Below, piece after piece: positions 13,401 to 24,170 of a stretch of DNA of 64,000 nucleotides; position 1 is the first letter of the stretch; every line of letters starts with the position of its first letter. Position numbers and translations under genes: made by a program. Below the pieces are notes generated by a model, which saw only the letters and a list, made by a program, of their open reading frames with translations, was not told the origin of the DNA and did no database searches. Source of the DNA: the human T2T-CHM13v2.0 reference genome, Homo sapiens; NCBI RefSeq assembly GCF_009914755.1, contig NC_060925.1, one strand, 5' to 3'.

Positions 13401-14473
13401 GTGGAAGCGACTTTGGAACTGGGTAACGGGCAGAGGTTGGAAAAATTTGGAGGGCTCAGAAGAAGACAGGAAAATGTGGGAAGTTTGGAATTGCCTAGAG
13501 ACTTGTTGAATGGCTTCAACCAAAATGCTGATAATGATATCGTCAATGAAATTCAGGCTGATGTGATCTCAGATGGAGATGAGGAACTTGTTGGAAACTG
13601 GAGCAAAGCTGACTTGCTATGTTTTAGCAAAGAGACTGGCAGCATTTTGCCCCTGCCCTACAGACTTGTGGAACTTTGAGCTTGAGAGAGATGATTTAGT
13701 GTATCTGGTGGAAAAAGTTTCTAAGCTGCAAAGCATTCAAAAGGTGACTTGGGTGCTGTTAAAGGCACTGATTTTTAAAAAGGAAACAGAGTATAAAAGT
13801 TTGGAAAATTTGCAGCCTGACAACATGATGGAAAAGAAAAACCCATTTTCTGAGGAGAAATTCAAGCCAACTGCAGAAACTTGCATAAGTAATGAGGAGC
13901 CTAATGTTAATCCCCAAGACAATGGGGAAAATGTCTCCAGGGAATATCAGAGGTCTTCATGGCAGCCCCTCACATCACAGGCATGGAGACCTAGGAGAAA
14001 AATGGTTTTGTGGGCCGGGCTCAGGGTTCCAGTGCTGCATGCAGTCTAGGGACTTGGTGCCCTGTGTCCCAGCCACTCCAGCAGTGACTAAAAGGGGACA
14101 AGTTACACCTCGGGCTGTTGCTTCAACGGGTGGAAGCCCCAAGCCTCAGCAGCTTCCATGTGGTGTTGAGCCTGCAGGTGCCCAAAAGTCAAGAATTGAG
14201 GTTTGGGAGCCTCTGCCTAGATTTCAGAGGATGTATGGAAACACCTGGATGCCCAGACAAAAGTTTGCTGCAGGGGTGGGGCCCTCATGGAGAACCTCTG
14301 CTAGGGTAGCGCAGAAGGGAAATGTGGGGTTGGAGCCCCCATGCAGAGTCTCTATTGGGGCACCACCTAGTGGAGCTATGAGAAGAGGGCCACCATTCTC
14401 CAGACCCCAGAATGGTAGATCCACTGACAGCCTGCACTGTGCATCTGGAAAAACCACAGACACTCAATGCTGA
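13401..14473 (+). pseudogene. Frameshifted MaLR internal (gag-like) ORF remnant of THE1-int
   Basis: Overlapping ORFs 13401-13679, 13573-14049 and 13892-14473 carry typical THE1-int peptides (EATLELGNG, LELPRDLLNGF, LWNFELERDDL, WEPLPRFQRMYGN). Confidence 0.85.
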
Positions 14474-14924
14474 CCCATGAAAGCAGCCAAGATAGGGACT
14501 ATTCCCTGTAAAGCCTCAGGGGTGGAGCTGCCAACGACCATGGGAACTTACCTCTTGCATCAGTGTGATCTGTCCAGTGAGGCATGGAGTCAAAGGAGAT
14601 CATTTTGGAGCTTTAAGATTTGAGTGCCCTGCTGGATTTCAGACTTGCATGGGGCCTGTAGCCTCCTTTTTTTAAGCCAATTTCTCCCATTTGAAATGGC
14701 TGTATTTATCGAATGCCTGTAATGCCATTTTATCGAGGAAGTAACTAACTTGTTCTTGATTTTACTGGCTCATAGGTGGAAGGGACTTGCCTTGTCTCAG
14801 ATGAGACTTTGAACTGTGGACTTTTGAGCTAATGCTGAAATCAGTTAAAACTTTGGGGGACTGTTGGGAAGGCATCGGTTTTGAAATGTGAGGACATGAG
14901 ATTTGGGAGGGGCCAGGGGTGGCA

Positions 14925-15259
14925 TGATATGGTTTGGCTGTGTCCCCATCCAAATCTCATCTTGAATTCCCACGTGTTGTGGGAGGGACCCACTGAGAGG
15001 TAATTGAATCATGGGGGCAGGTATTTCTTGTGCTGTTCTCATGATAGTGAATAAGTCTCACGAGATTTAATAAGGAGGAGTTTCCCTGCACAAGCTCTCT
15101 TCTCTTGTCTGCCACCACGTGAGATGTGCCTTTCAACTTCTGCCATGATTGTAAAGCCTTCCAGCCACATGGAACTGTAAGTCCATTAAACCTCTTTCTT
15201 TTGCAAATTGCCCAGTCTCAGGTATGTTTTTATCAGCAGCTTGAAAACGGACTAATACA
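14925..15259 (+). mobile_element. THE1B 3' LTR
   Basis: Preceded by the purine-rich tract GGGAGGGGCCAGGGGTGGCA. Has TG...CA ends and an ATTAAA poly(A) signal. Confidence 0.93.
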
Positions 15260-15949
15260 GGGAGGTTGAAGAGGACACCACAGGAAAATGTCATTCAGGC
15301 CTTTTAAGCAGTGGGGAGAGATTCCTTATAGGAGCATCCAGAGCAGAAAGCTAAGCTGCTCTTGTCAAAAGCCAGAAGGACTCATACCCCCACCCCCAGT
15401 CACAGCCACTCAGAAACTCCAAGGAGGTTTATAAGGGGAGGCCAGCAGCTGCATTTGCAGAACTGGAGCAAAGTTGCAATCTCAAAATTTGCATGGGCTG
15501 TCAGCAGCCATGGAGAAGAGAAGTAGCTTGAATTTTAAAAATATAGGTTTAAAGACACTGTACTCCTCTAAACCCTGCACTTTGAACAATGCAAAGACAG
15601 GACTTTCTGTGTAACCTTCTGGTGTTAGTTAGCAGGGGAACCCAAAGCAGCTCTGAAGTCATAAAAACAAGAAGTATCACTAACACCTATAGAACCTATG
15701 TTCCAAGCCTTTCCCTTCATTATCTCATTTAATCCTCACAGCAACCCTAGCAGGTAGATTCTGATATCATTCTCCTTTTTCATATATCAGGACCCCACCT
15801 ACCTTTCTGCCCTATGTCCCTTTAACCTTCTTATGCAGTGTGCATTTTTGCTGTATCAGACAGCCCCTCAGCAAGCCCATAAACTGCCACATCTTTGCCC
15901 ATGTCTTTGCTCATGACATTACATTTATTATTAATGGCGACAAAGTATC

Positions 15950-16130
15950 TGATCCCTTCTCGTGCATCAGGTAGTGTGCCAAATGCTTTATGAACATCAT
16001 CTGGTTTAATCTCTGACACACCCCTAAATATTAATATTAGATTCCCACTGTATGACAGATGAAGAAACTGAGGTTCAGACAGAGTCGTAACCTCCCTATG
16101 GTTCATACCTTGCAGCCAGGTGTGTCCAGC
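15950..16130 (-). mobile_element. MIR
   Basis: TTTAATCTCTGACAC...GACAGATGAAGAAACTGAGGTTCAGACAGAGT. Confidence 0.7.
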
Positions 16131-16339
16131 TGTGTCCTCCCCCAGACAATGCCAGTTGGTTTCATCTTTCATTCAGCATTTGCCCTGTCACCATTTCCAC
16201 GTCTGTCTCCCACCTAGATTGTGTGACCTTCAAGAGATGTGCTGCCTAGTCTTGCACAGTGCCTGGAAACTGAGCCAGTGGGAATAAACCCCACATTCTT
16301 GGCCCTGTGTGAGCAGCCCTCTGACCTCTCTGAGCAGCC

Positions 16340-17030
16340 CTTCTCTCATTCATTCATTCACTCATTCATTCATTCAATTACTATTCATCGAACACCAATG
16401 ACAGGCCAAGGACTGTTCCAGGCACTGGAGATACAGCGCTGAACTAAGCAAACATGCTCCCTGCCTTTAGGGCACCAACCTTGCTTTGATAAAAGCTATG
16501 AAGAGATCTATGAAGGGTGAGATGATGAGGAGCCCATAGAGGGGACTGTTTTTATGGCTCTCCCAAGGGAGGTTCAATGCAGCCAATGTCCACTGGTGCC
16601 TTCTCAGTGCTGGGGTAGAAAAATGGGTAAGGGCCAGTCCTTGCCTTGGTTTGTTCACAAACTGAAGAAGGAAAGTGTCAAATGGAGAAATAACCAACAA
16701 TCAGGGTGATGAGTGCTCTACTGTGATAAACTCAGTGTTCAAGGGGAAGAAAATGGCCTGGAAGAATCCCAGAAGGCCTCTCAGAGGAAGTGATATTTGG
16801 GCTGGGCTTTTTTAAAATTTTATTTTATTTTATTTTATTTTATTTTATTTTATTTTATTTATTATTATTATACTTTAAGTTTTAGGGTACATGTGCACAA
16901 TGTGCAGGTTAGTTACATATGTATACATGTGCCATGCTGGTGCGCTGCTTTAAAGAGTGAGCAGAGGAAGAGTAAAAGCACCTGACATGCAGAGGGAGCA
17001 GCTGGAGCAGCAGGAACGAGCCTGCTGGTT
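16340..17030 (-). mobile_element. L2 fragments (interrupted by a short L1PA)
   Basis: (TTCA)n tail, GGACTGTTCCAGGCACTGGAGATACAG, and GAAGGCCTCTCAGAGGAAGTGATATTTGGGCTGGGC...AAAGAGTGAGCAG. Confidence 0.65.
16811..16948 (-). mobile_element. Very short 5'-truncated young L1 (L1PA2-PA4-like) 3' end with (TTTTA)n tail
   Basis: TTATACTTTAAGTTTTAGGGTACATGTGCACAATGTGCAGGTTAGTTACATATGTATACATGTGCCATGCTGGTGCGCTGC. It lacks the L1HS-Ta G (sense strand reads CTTAAAG). Confidence 0.93.
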
Positions 17031-17689
17031 TTGGCGAACAGGCAGGAGTCAGGCATGGTCATGCCTGGCTAAGTCACACCCTGCCAGCCATCTCCTTCCA
17101 GGTATCAGTTTTTCTCACTCTCTGTCTCAGAACAGAAATGCTGCCTCAAGGAACTGCTGCTCCCATCTCCAGCACTGCTGTGCCCGGCTGTCAGTGGACA
17201 CATGGTGATGGCACCTCCACTGTGTCTCCCACAGTGCTGGCTCTGCCAGTGAGCCCTGCAGTGGAGGACTGGAGAGTTTTGTAGGAGAACTCAGTGCCCA
17301 TGGCCCCTGGGCCCTACCCGTGGCGGGTGCATATCCTCATCTTCAGGAGAGAGGTGCATGGTGTGGGGGAAGAGGAAGATGCTCCTCCTGCCTGGAGAGC
17401 CAGCTCCATCCCTGCCATCAGCAGATGCATGCAAGCTGCAGCTGCGGATGCTCACTGGATGCAGTATGGCTCCCGGTTGCCAAAAGCAAAGTGTGTGTCC
17501 CACCCCAGGCTCAGCTCTGCCAAGGGCCAAGGACCACGGCTGAGAAGAAATGGCATGGAATTAAGGAGCTGTAGCAGACTGACCCCTGAAACTGGTCTGT
17601 CCTGAAGCTGGTCGGCCTTGGTTCTGTGAGCTCATCTTGCCCTGTCTGGCTCACTTATCTAATGCCTCTTCTCTAGAGGGACCAGAGTC

Positions 17690-17880
17690 TAGTGACCTGG
17701 AACCAGACTATTGTGGTGCAGTTCTTGTGCCAGCTCAGAAACTAACTAGCTGTTACTCAACCCCTCTGCCTGTCAGTTTTTCCATCTGTGAAATGGGAAT
17801 TTTGCCTCCCAGGGCTGCTGGACAGGTTAGAGGCTGATGCACAAGAATCCTTTGGCCCAGGGCCTGGGTGTGCCTTACCT
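17690..17880 (+). mobile_element. MIR
   Basis: CTGGAACCAGAC...TCAGTTTTTCCATCTGTGAAATGGGAAT. Confidence 0.65.
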
Positions 17881-18644
17881 GCTCCAGATCCCCCCTCCCT
17901 GCTGCTCTCTGCCTGAGGCCCAGGGTAAAGCCTGATCCAGAATTTACCATCCCGGGACCCCCAGAAGCCACCGTCTGCTGTTTGGGGTTGGATTTTGCAC
18001 CTCCCACCAAGCCCTGGGTCTGTCTGTTCAGCACCTGCTTCCCATGCCCCATATCTCATTGGCTCTGGCCTCTTGTGTCCACCTGAAGACCCCTACAGTT
18101 ACTGTTGGCCACCTCCCCCATGCACCAGCTCCTGTGCTCCAGCCCTGTTCTCTGAGGAGGATGAGCCCAGGCTGGCCTCCAAGGCCTCCGTGCCCCTCCA
18201 GAAGGGAGCTGTGGAGGCCCCAGTGCCATTCCCCACACCCACACCTGAGTTTCACTCCAGCCAAGGCCCTCACACTGCTTTCCTGATAATGGTTGGGGGA
18301 GTGAGCTGATGGGCAAAAAGAGGCTCCATTTCTCTCTGGGACCAATTTGTGAGTTTTCAGCAGCAGCTCTCACTCTCAGTTTCTGCCTCATCCCTGCATG
18401 CCTGCTGCCTCCCGCCCCCTCCATGCATACTGGCTGTTAGGATTCTGGAGGAGGCCGAAGAGGTGGGAATCACCCTCTGCTGGGAAGCCAGCATGGAAAG
18501 CAAGTGCCCATCTGGAGGTGGAGAGTGGGCATGGCGGGGCAGCCTCCAGAGGGCTGGGAGGGCCAGAGAGAGGGCAAGTCCTGTGGGTGGACACGGATGC
18601 CGAAATCTCCTCCTCTGCCATCCTTTGCTTTTGAAAAGAGGCAA

Positions 18645-19060
18645 TAAAGCCTAGTGGTTAGGAGCATGGCTTGGAGTTAGATGAAACAGGGTTTGAAGCA
18701 CAGCTCTGGCCCTGCTAGCTGATGACAGGATGGTGGAGAGGCCAACCAAGTAGGCTCCGCAGAGGTTCAGATCCCAGCTCCTCTGCCACCTACCAGCTGC
18801 ATTTGACCTCAGACACACAAGCTCCATGTGCCTTACTCCATGTCCTTACTACAGATCTGGGGGATGATCTTGTTAGCACATGATCATTCTCAAATACTAC
18901 TGAAGGATGATTATGATGGTCTGCGTGACCTTTAACACTGCTTAACCTCTGAACGATATCTCGATTCACAGGGTTCCATGAGGATCGGGTGAGATGCTGC
19001 ACACACAGCCCTCAGAGATAGCGGGGTACGTAAAGAGCTCTTGATAAATGGCAGCTAGTG
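18645..19060 (+). mobile_element. MIR fragments
   Basis: CTAGTGGTTAGGAGCATGGCTTGGAGTTAGA...GGGTTTGAA; TGCGTGACCTT...CTTAACCTCTG; TTGATAAATGGCAGCTA. Confidence 0.6.
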
Positions 19061-19072
19061 CTATTTTTATTA

Positions 19073-19262
19073 CCATATTTCATTGATTTCAAATCACACT
19101 TTTTTTTTCACATTTTAACATCCCTGAAATTGAGATGGGTCTTGCAGTAGATGATAAGAAAGCACTGTGTCATAGTATAATGGGTGGCATTTTTTTTCTT
19201 TCTTAGGGAAGTACATAAAATTATGTATATTACTGTCGATGTGTCTTAGATTTTATGAAATC
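19073..19262 (+). mobile_element. MER104-like (TcMar-Tc2) non-autonomous DNA transposon
   Basis: Degenerate TIRs CCATATTTCATTGATT... and ...TCTTAGATTTTATGAAAT. Internal TTCACATTTTAACATCCCTGAAATTG and GTACATAAAAT. Confidence 0.75.
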
Positions 19263-22200
19263 AAAGCAGACCAAGGCAGGAGAAGGAGTTTCCACTGAGG
19301 ACCTGGCCCTGCTTTGTCCTGAGGGTGTCTCACCTGCCCTGCTCCTATTGTAGGACAAATCCCTCGGGTCACCTGGGGTCCAGTGGCTCATTCCCTCCCA
19401 CCTCTCTCCTTTCCCCAGGAGTGAGCTCTCAATGTTCTCCCAGACAGGAATGCTGGGAGCCCTTAGAGAGGCATTTGTTTTGCTTTTATGCTGCTCATCA
19501 GGGCCCCACAGAGGGGTAGGCCCCTATGACCACAGCACCAGGCTGAGAGGTGGGTGTTGGGCAGAGTGCACACTGGGATCCAGTTCCTGTCGTGCCACTA
19601 AGAGGGTGCACAGTGGCTTTGCACCAGTGACCTCCAGAGCTACGGGAAAATGGGACACAGAGCTGAGTGGGTGGACATCAGTCCCAGAGGTTCAGGCTCA
19701 GCAGTGAGAGAGGCCACCCTGAACTCTGGGTGCCTCGTGGTTCCTGAGGAAGGAGGAGAACAATGAGAACCCCAGGAAAGCCACAATGTAGGGGAGGTCA
19801 GGCGGTGGGTTCTGCCCTGTGGCAGGTACCACCCGCCCCCTTAAGCAGCATCCCCAAGCTCCTGGAAGTTCTGCTGCTGCCTCAGCTGCTTCAACTCCCT
19901 CCCTGGGGAACCCCCTCCCTGAACTCCCCATGAGCCAGCATCTAAATGGTTAATGCCTGGCCATACAGGGGGCTTTACTGGCTGCCACCCTTCCCCTCAG
20001 GACTCGTGGTTACATATGCAGAATATCACCCTTCACTCCCCCAAGGTGATCCAGATGTTTACCAGGAATCACTGGGATTGGTCCCCAAGACAGGGGGCCA
20101 TGCGCTTATTTATCAAGGAAGAAAACCTTCCTATGTTGAGTATCCACTCTATGCCTGTGCTTGGACTTCACGTAGACTTTCTCCCTGAATCCTCAAAATA
20201 TCCAAGAGGAGGATGAGGAAACAGGTTCCGGGAGGTGCGGCTGCTTGCTCAGGGCTCAGATCTGTCTGCTGCGACTCCCTTCTCTCACAGCTCCCTCCAC
20301 TCCCTAAACCCCTGAGCAGGGATCCAGCCTCTCCTGCAACCCAGAATCCAACAATAAAAGCAATGATCAAAGGCAAAGGCAGGAGATGGCCCTTGTCTGG
20401 AGCCTGGGGTAAAGGGAGGCTGTATTGCAGGGTTGCAGCCTGGGAGCCCACACCAGGCTGGCCAGCGGCACCCCCAGTGCTCACCCTTGGTCTGCAAAGC
20501 CATTAAATATGCAGAATCTCATCTTGTTCCTGGGAAGCCGAGGGCTCTGAGTCACAGGAGGTGACATTGCTCTCCAACAGGTAAGTTGTTCAACAGATGG
20601 GCAGTCGAGTGGCAAAGAAATACATTATTAATGTTTCTGGTTAAATTAACTGATTAAAACCACCCTAGGTAAAAATGTACGTATCAGCGCTTTGCCCACA
20701 GCAAATGAGGAATTAATGGAATATGGCTGTGTCTTTGTAATGAAACACAGAGGCTCTCTGGAAAGGTTCGCTCTCTTCAGAGGCAGCAGCAGGGGGTAGA
20801 GGGGTGGGAGGCCTAATCCATCTGTTAAAGGGACCTCTACTGATTGGAACAGGGAAAGGGCAGGGAAGAGAGACCCAAGGGGGCATCCCCAGGTCTGACT
20901 GGAGACCCTAGAAATCTGACATTTTGACCCCTAATTTGCTGGAGCCAAATTTTGCAGTGGGGGCTTAAGGCAGAAGCAGCAGGCCACAAATGGGGTGGGT
21001 GGGTGAGGTGGACACCACTGCATGGGAATGAGGATCATGGAATGCTGGCCCTAGCTCTATCCTTGCAGACTTTATGCAAGCTGACTTCCTGGCAGGGCCT
21101 CAGTTTCCTCACTAGTAAATTGGAGAGGTGAATGAAACACTCTTCCGTGCTCTCTCCCAACTCCTTGTCTCACATCATAGGCTTCTAGGATAAATCCTAG
21201 TGTTTACCCTGTCCTTATTCTCATCCCATAACCTAGTGAGAAGCTGAACCCCATCGGGGGTGTATCCAGAGATCACCTCCATTGCATGGCTTTTGGGAAA
21301 CACCTGTTCTAACTCAAGTCCCAAAGGCACTCTCCTATGTGTCTATCTGGTTGGCTGTAAACACATGCATGTACACACACATGCACTGGCTGACCCACAC
21401 ATGCACACACCTGCATTCAAGGGCCCACACATACAAGCAAGCTTGCACCAAGACACATACATCCCAGAGCTCTACACATGAGTGCACACATGTGTACACA
21501 CAGCTGCATAGAAAGTGAAGTCCTGTTGTGCAAGGGCAGGAGGATGTCAGACACATTTCAGAGACAGCGGTGGGGCTAAGGGGCAGGGAGGGCACTGCCA
21601 GGGCAGAGGATCAAGGGCCAGTTTTTTAATCCACAAAATCGGTTTTGTGCCAGGGTTTCAGGAACTCCCAGAGGCTATGACCCAATTCGAGCAAGACTGA
21701 AGTTTTGCATAAATTAACCAGGTAATCGCATTTCCACTAGGGTTTCCCTTGATGCAGAGCCCTGGAGTGGCTGGAGTCCCACAACCCCAGTCATGGCTTC
21801 ATCGGGTGCAACTGGACGAAAGCAGGGCCTGGTGCTGTGCAATTTTGGCATCCTCCGCCCCGCCTCCCTAGTGATGCGTTGGGAGCTCTCCAAGGTGCTG
21901 ATGGCTGAGGGTAGGGAGAGATTAGCTAAGAGAAGTTGTTTTTCTCCGCTGCTTACAGGCTGGCTGTGGAGAGGGGAGGGGGAGTGGGTTGGGTGCTGAG
22001 CCCCTATCACACACACAGTCGCTGTTGCTGCTGGGTACCCGGTTGGGGGAGTAGGAGGGAGGCACAGCCAGAGCCTCCTAATGCCTCCCAGCCTGTGAGG
22101 AGGGCCACGAAGGGGTCAGCGCTGGCCTTGCAGTATCATTAGCTGTTTACCCTGGGAAAGTTCACACTTCCAGAGGCCGTGCTCAAGCTGTCAGAAACAC

Positions 22201-23414
22201 TGCACGGCAGTGCTGGCAGCTCTGCCAACTGTGCTCCCCAGGGCCCAGCAAAGCAAATATTTAGCAAACGCCTGGCTCTTGAGCACACGTGCACACACCT
22301 TCTCGCAGGGGACACAGCATGCCAACACATGGATACAAACATCTGCACAGACTTACTCTCAACACCCACAGAGACCCAGACACACACAGACATGCACACG
22401 AAAACCCACACTCTCAGGATAATGGAATCATGTGATATGTACCAGGCATCTACTATGTGAAAGGCAGTATTTACAAATGGTGAATATGCATTATTAAATC
22501 TAATGCTCCTGACAACCCAAAATGGTAGACAGTATCATGCACCCATTATTCAGATGATAACAAATGAAGCTCCAGCAGGAAGATTCCACAGCTAGAGCTC
22601 TTACCATTCACTACCCTGACATACATTCACCCACCCAAAGGCAGTACACTTAGATACACACTCACAAACATGGACATGCTAGCACACAGAGGCAAACTTG
22701 AACTCACACATGTGAATATTCACAGAAACATACCGGAATACACACATGTGCAGACACACACGGCACACACACATTGCACAACCAAACCCACAACAGCATA
22801 CTCCGTGCACATCCCTCCTGGCAGAAGTACTCTGTCCCAGCCCCCAGGGGCCTAGATACAATGCCCCAGTGAGCCAGTTCGTGCCCTCGGAGCCTTTCCC
22901 CTGAAAGCTGCCCAGCTTCTGGTCAGGCCGCCTGGTTGATGTTGATAACAGCATTGGCAGCCACCAGGAGAGAGTGAGCTTTGATCAGGAGCAAGTCCAG
23001 ATGGTGGCGGTAAGCCCCAGATGTTGTGTAGAAACAGACAAGCCTGCTGAAACCAAGAACTTGTCTCTGGCCTGGCCTTGCAGTGTGGCCCTCCCAGGGC
23101 CTGGGGCTCTGCTGGTAGTGCAGCCAGTGTGGCCACTGCCACAGGCCGAGCATGGCACAAGAGCCTGGCAACAGAAAAAGAAAGCTCAGCTCTGAGGTCC
23201 AGATTTCTCCAGAGCTCTGAGCAGCAAAAGGCCATTTGGAATGTCTGGGTCCCTGCATCCTTGGGGAGGCAAGGGTGCTCAGTGCTGGTGTAGTGGGAGC
23301 ATGGCTAAGGAACCTTGAACATTACCAATTATCTTGGTCCCCACTGGCCTGGTCCACTTGGGGACCTGGGCCTGACCTGTAGGCCCCAAGCCTGAGTGCT
23401 CTTCCCTGAAAGTC

Positions 23415-23600
23415 ATCACTCACTAATTCACCAGATTTCTACTCACTGATTTCCAAGGTTGATGCTCTAGATCAACGCCTCACTAATTTTCAAGGTCATT
23501 GTTCACTAACTCCCAAGGTCACTGCATGATGATTTTGGTAGTCATTGGCCAGTGGTCATCAGGACCATTTTCTTATGATCCCTGAGATCACAGTGATTCC
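23415..23600. repeat. Degenerate ~23-bp tandem repeat (CTCACTAATTYCCAAGGTCAYTG-like)
   Basis: Units begin at 23419, 23442, 23479 and 23502, then decay downstream. Confidence 0.6.
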
Positions 23601-23728
23601 TCAGTCCAGTCCCAAGAATTCTTAGGGCCCTGCTTCTACTTTAGGAAGGCTCGGCCCTACCCTTTGCCCTCTGCCCTAACTGTTTGTGGTCCTGACAAAA
23701 AGTTAGGCACTCCCTGAGCAGTGGTTAG

Positions 23729-24170
<442 letters not shown>

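Larger units (their letters stand above)
13009..15259 (+). mobile_element. Complete THE1B (ERVL-MaLR) provirus: LTR-internal-LTR
   Basis: 5' LTR 13009-13352, internal region 13353-14924, 3' LTR 14925-15259 (TGATATGGTTTGG...GACTAATACA). A 5-bp TSD GGGAG sits at 13004-13008 and 15260-15264. Confidence 0.95.

Noticed and set aside
13401-14473. 158- and 193-aa ORFs as host genes
   Set aside because: They are frameshifted pieces of the THE1 internal ORF.
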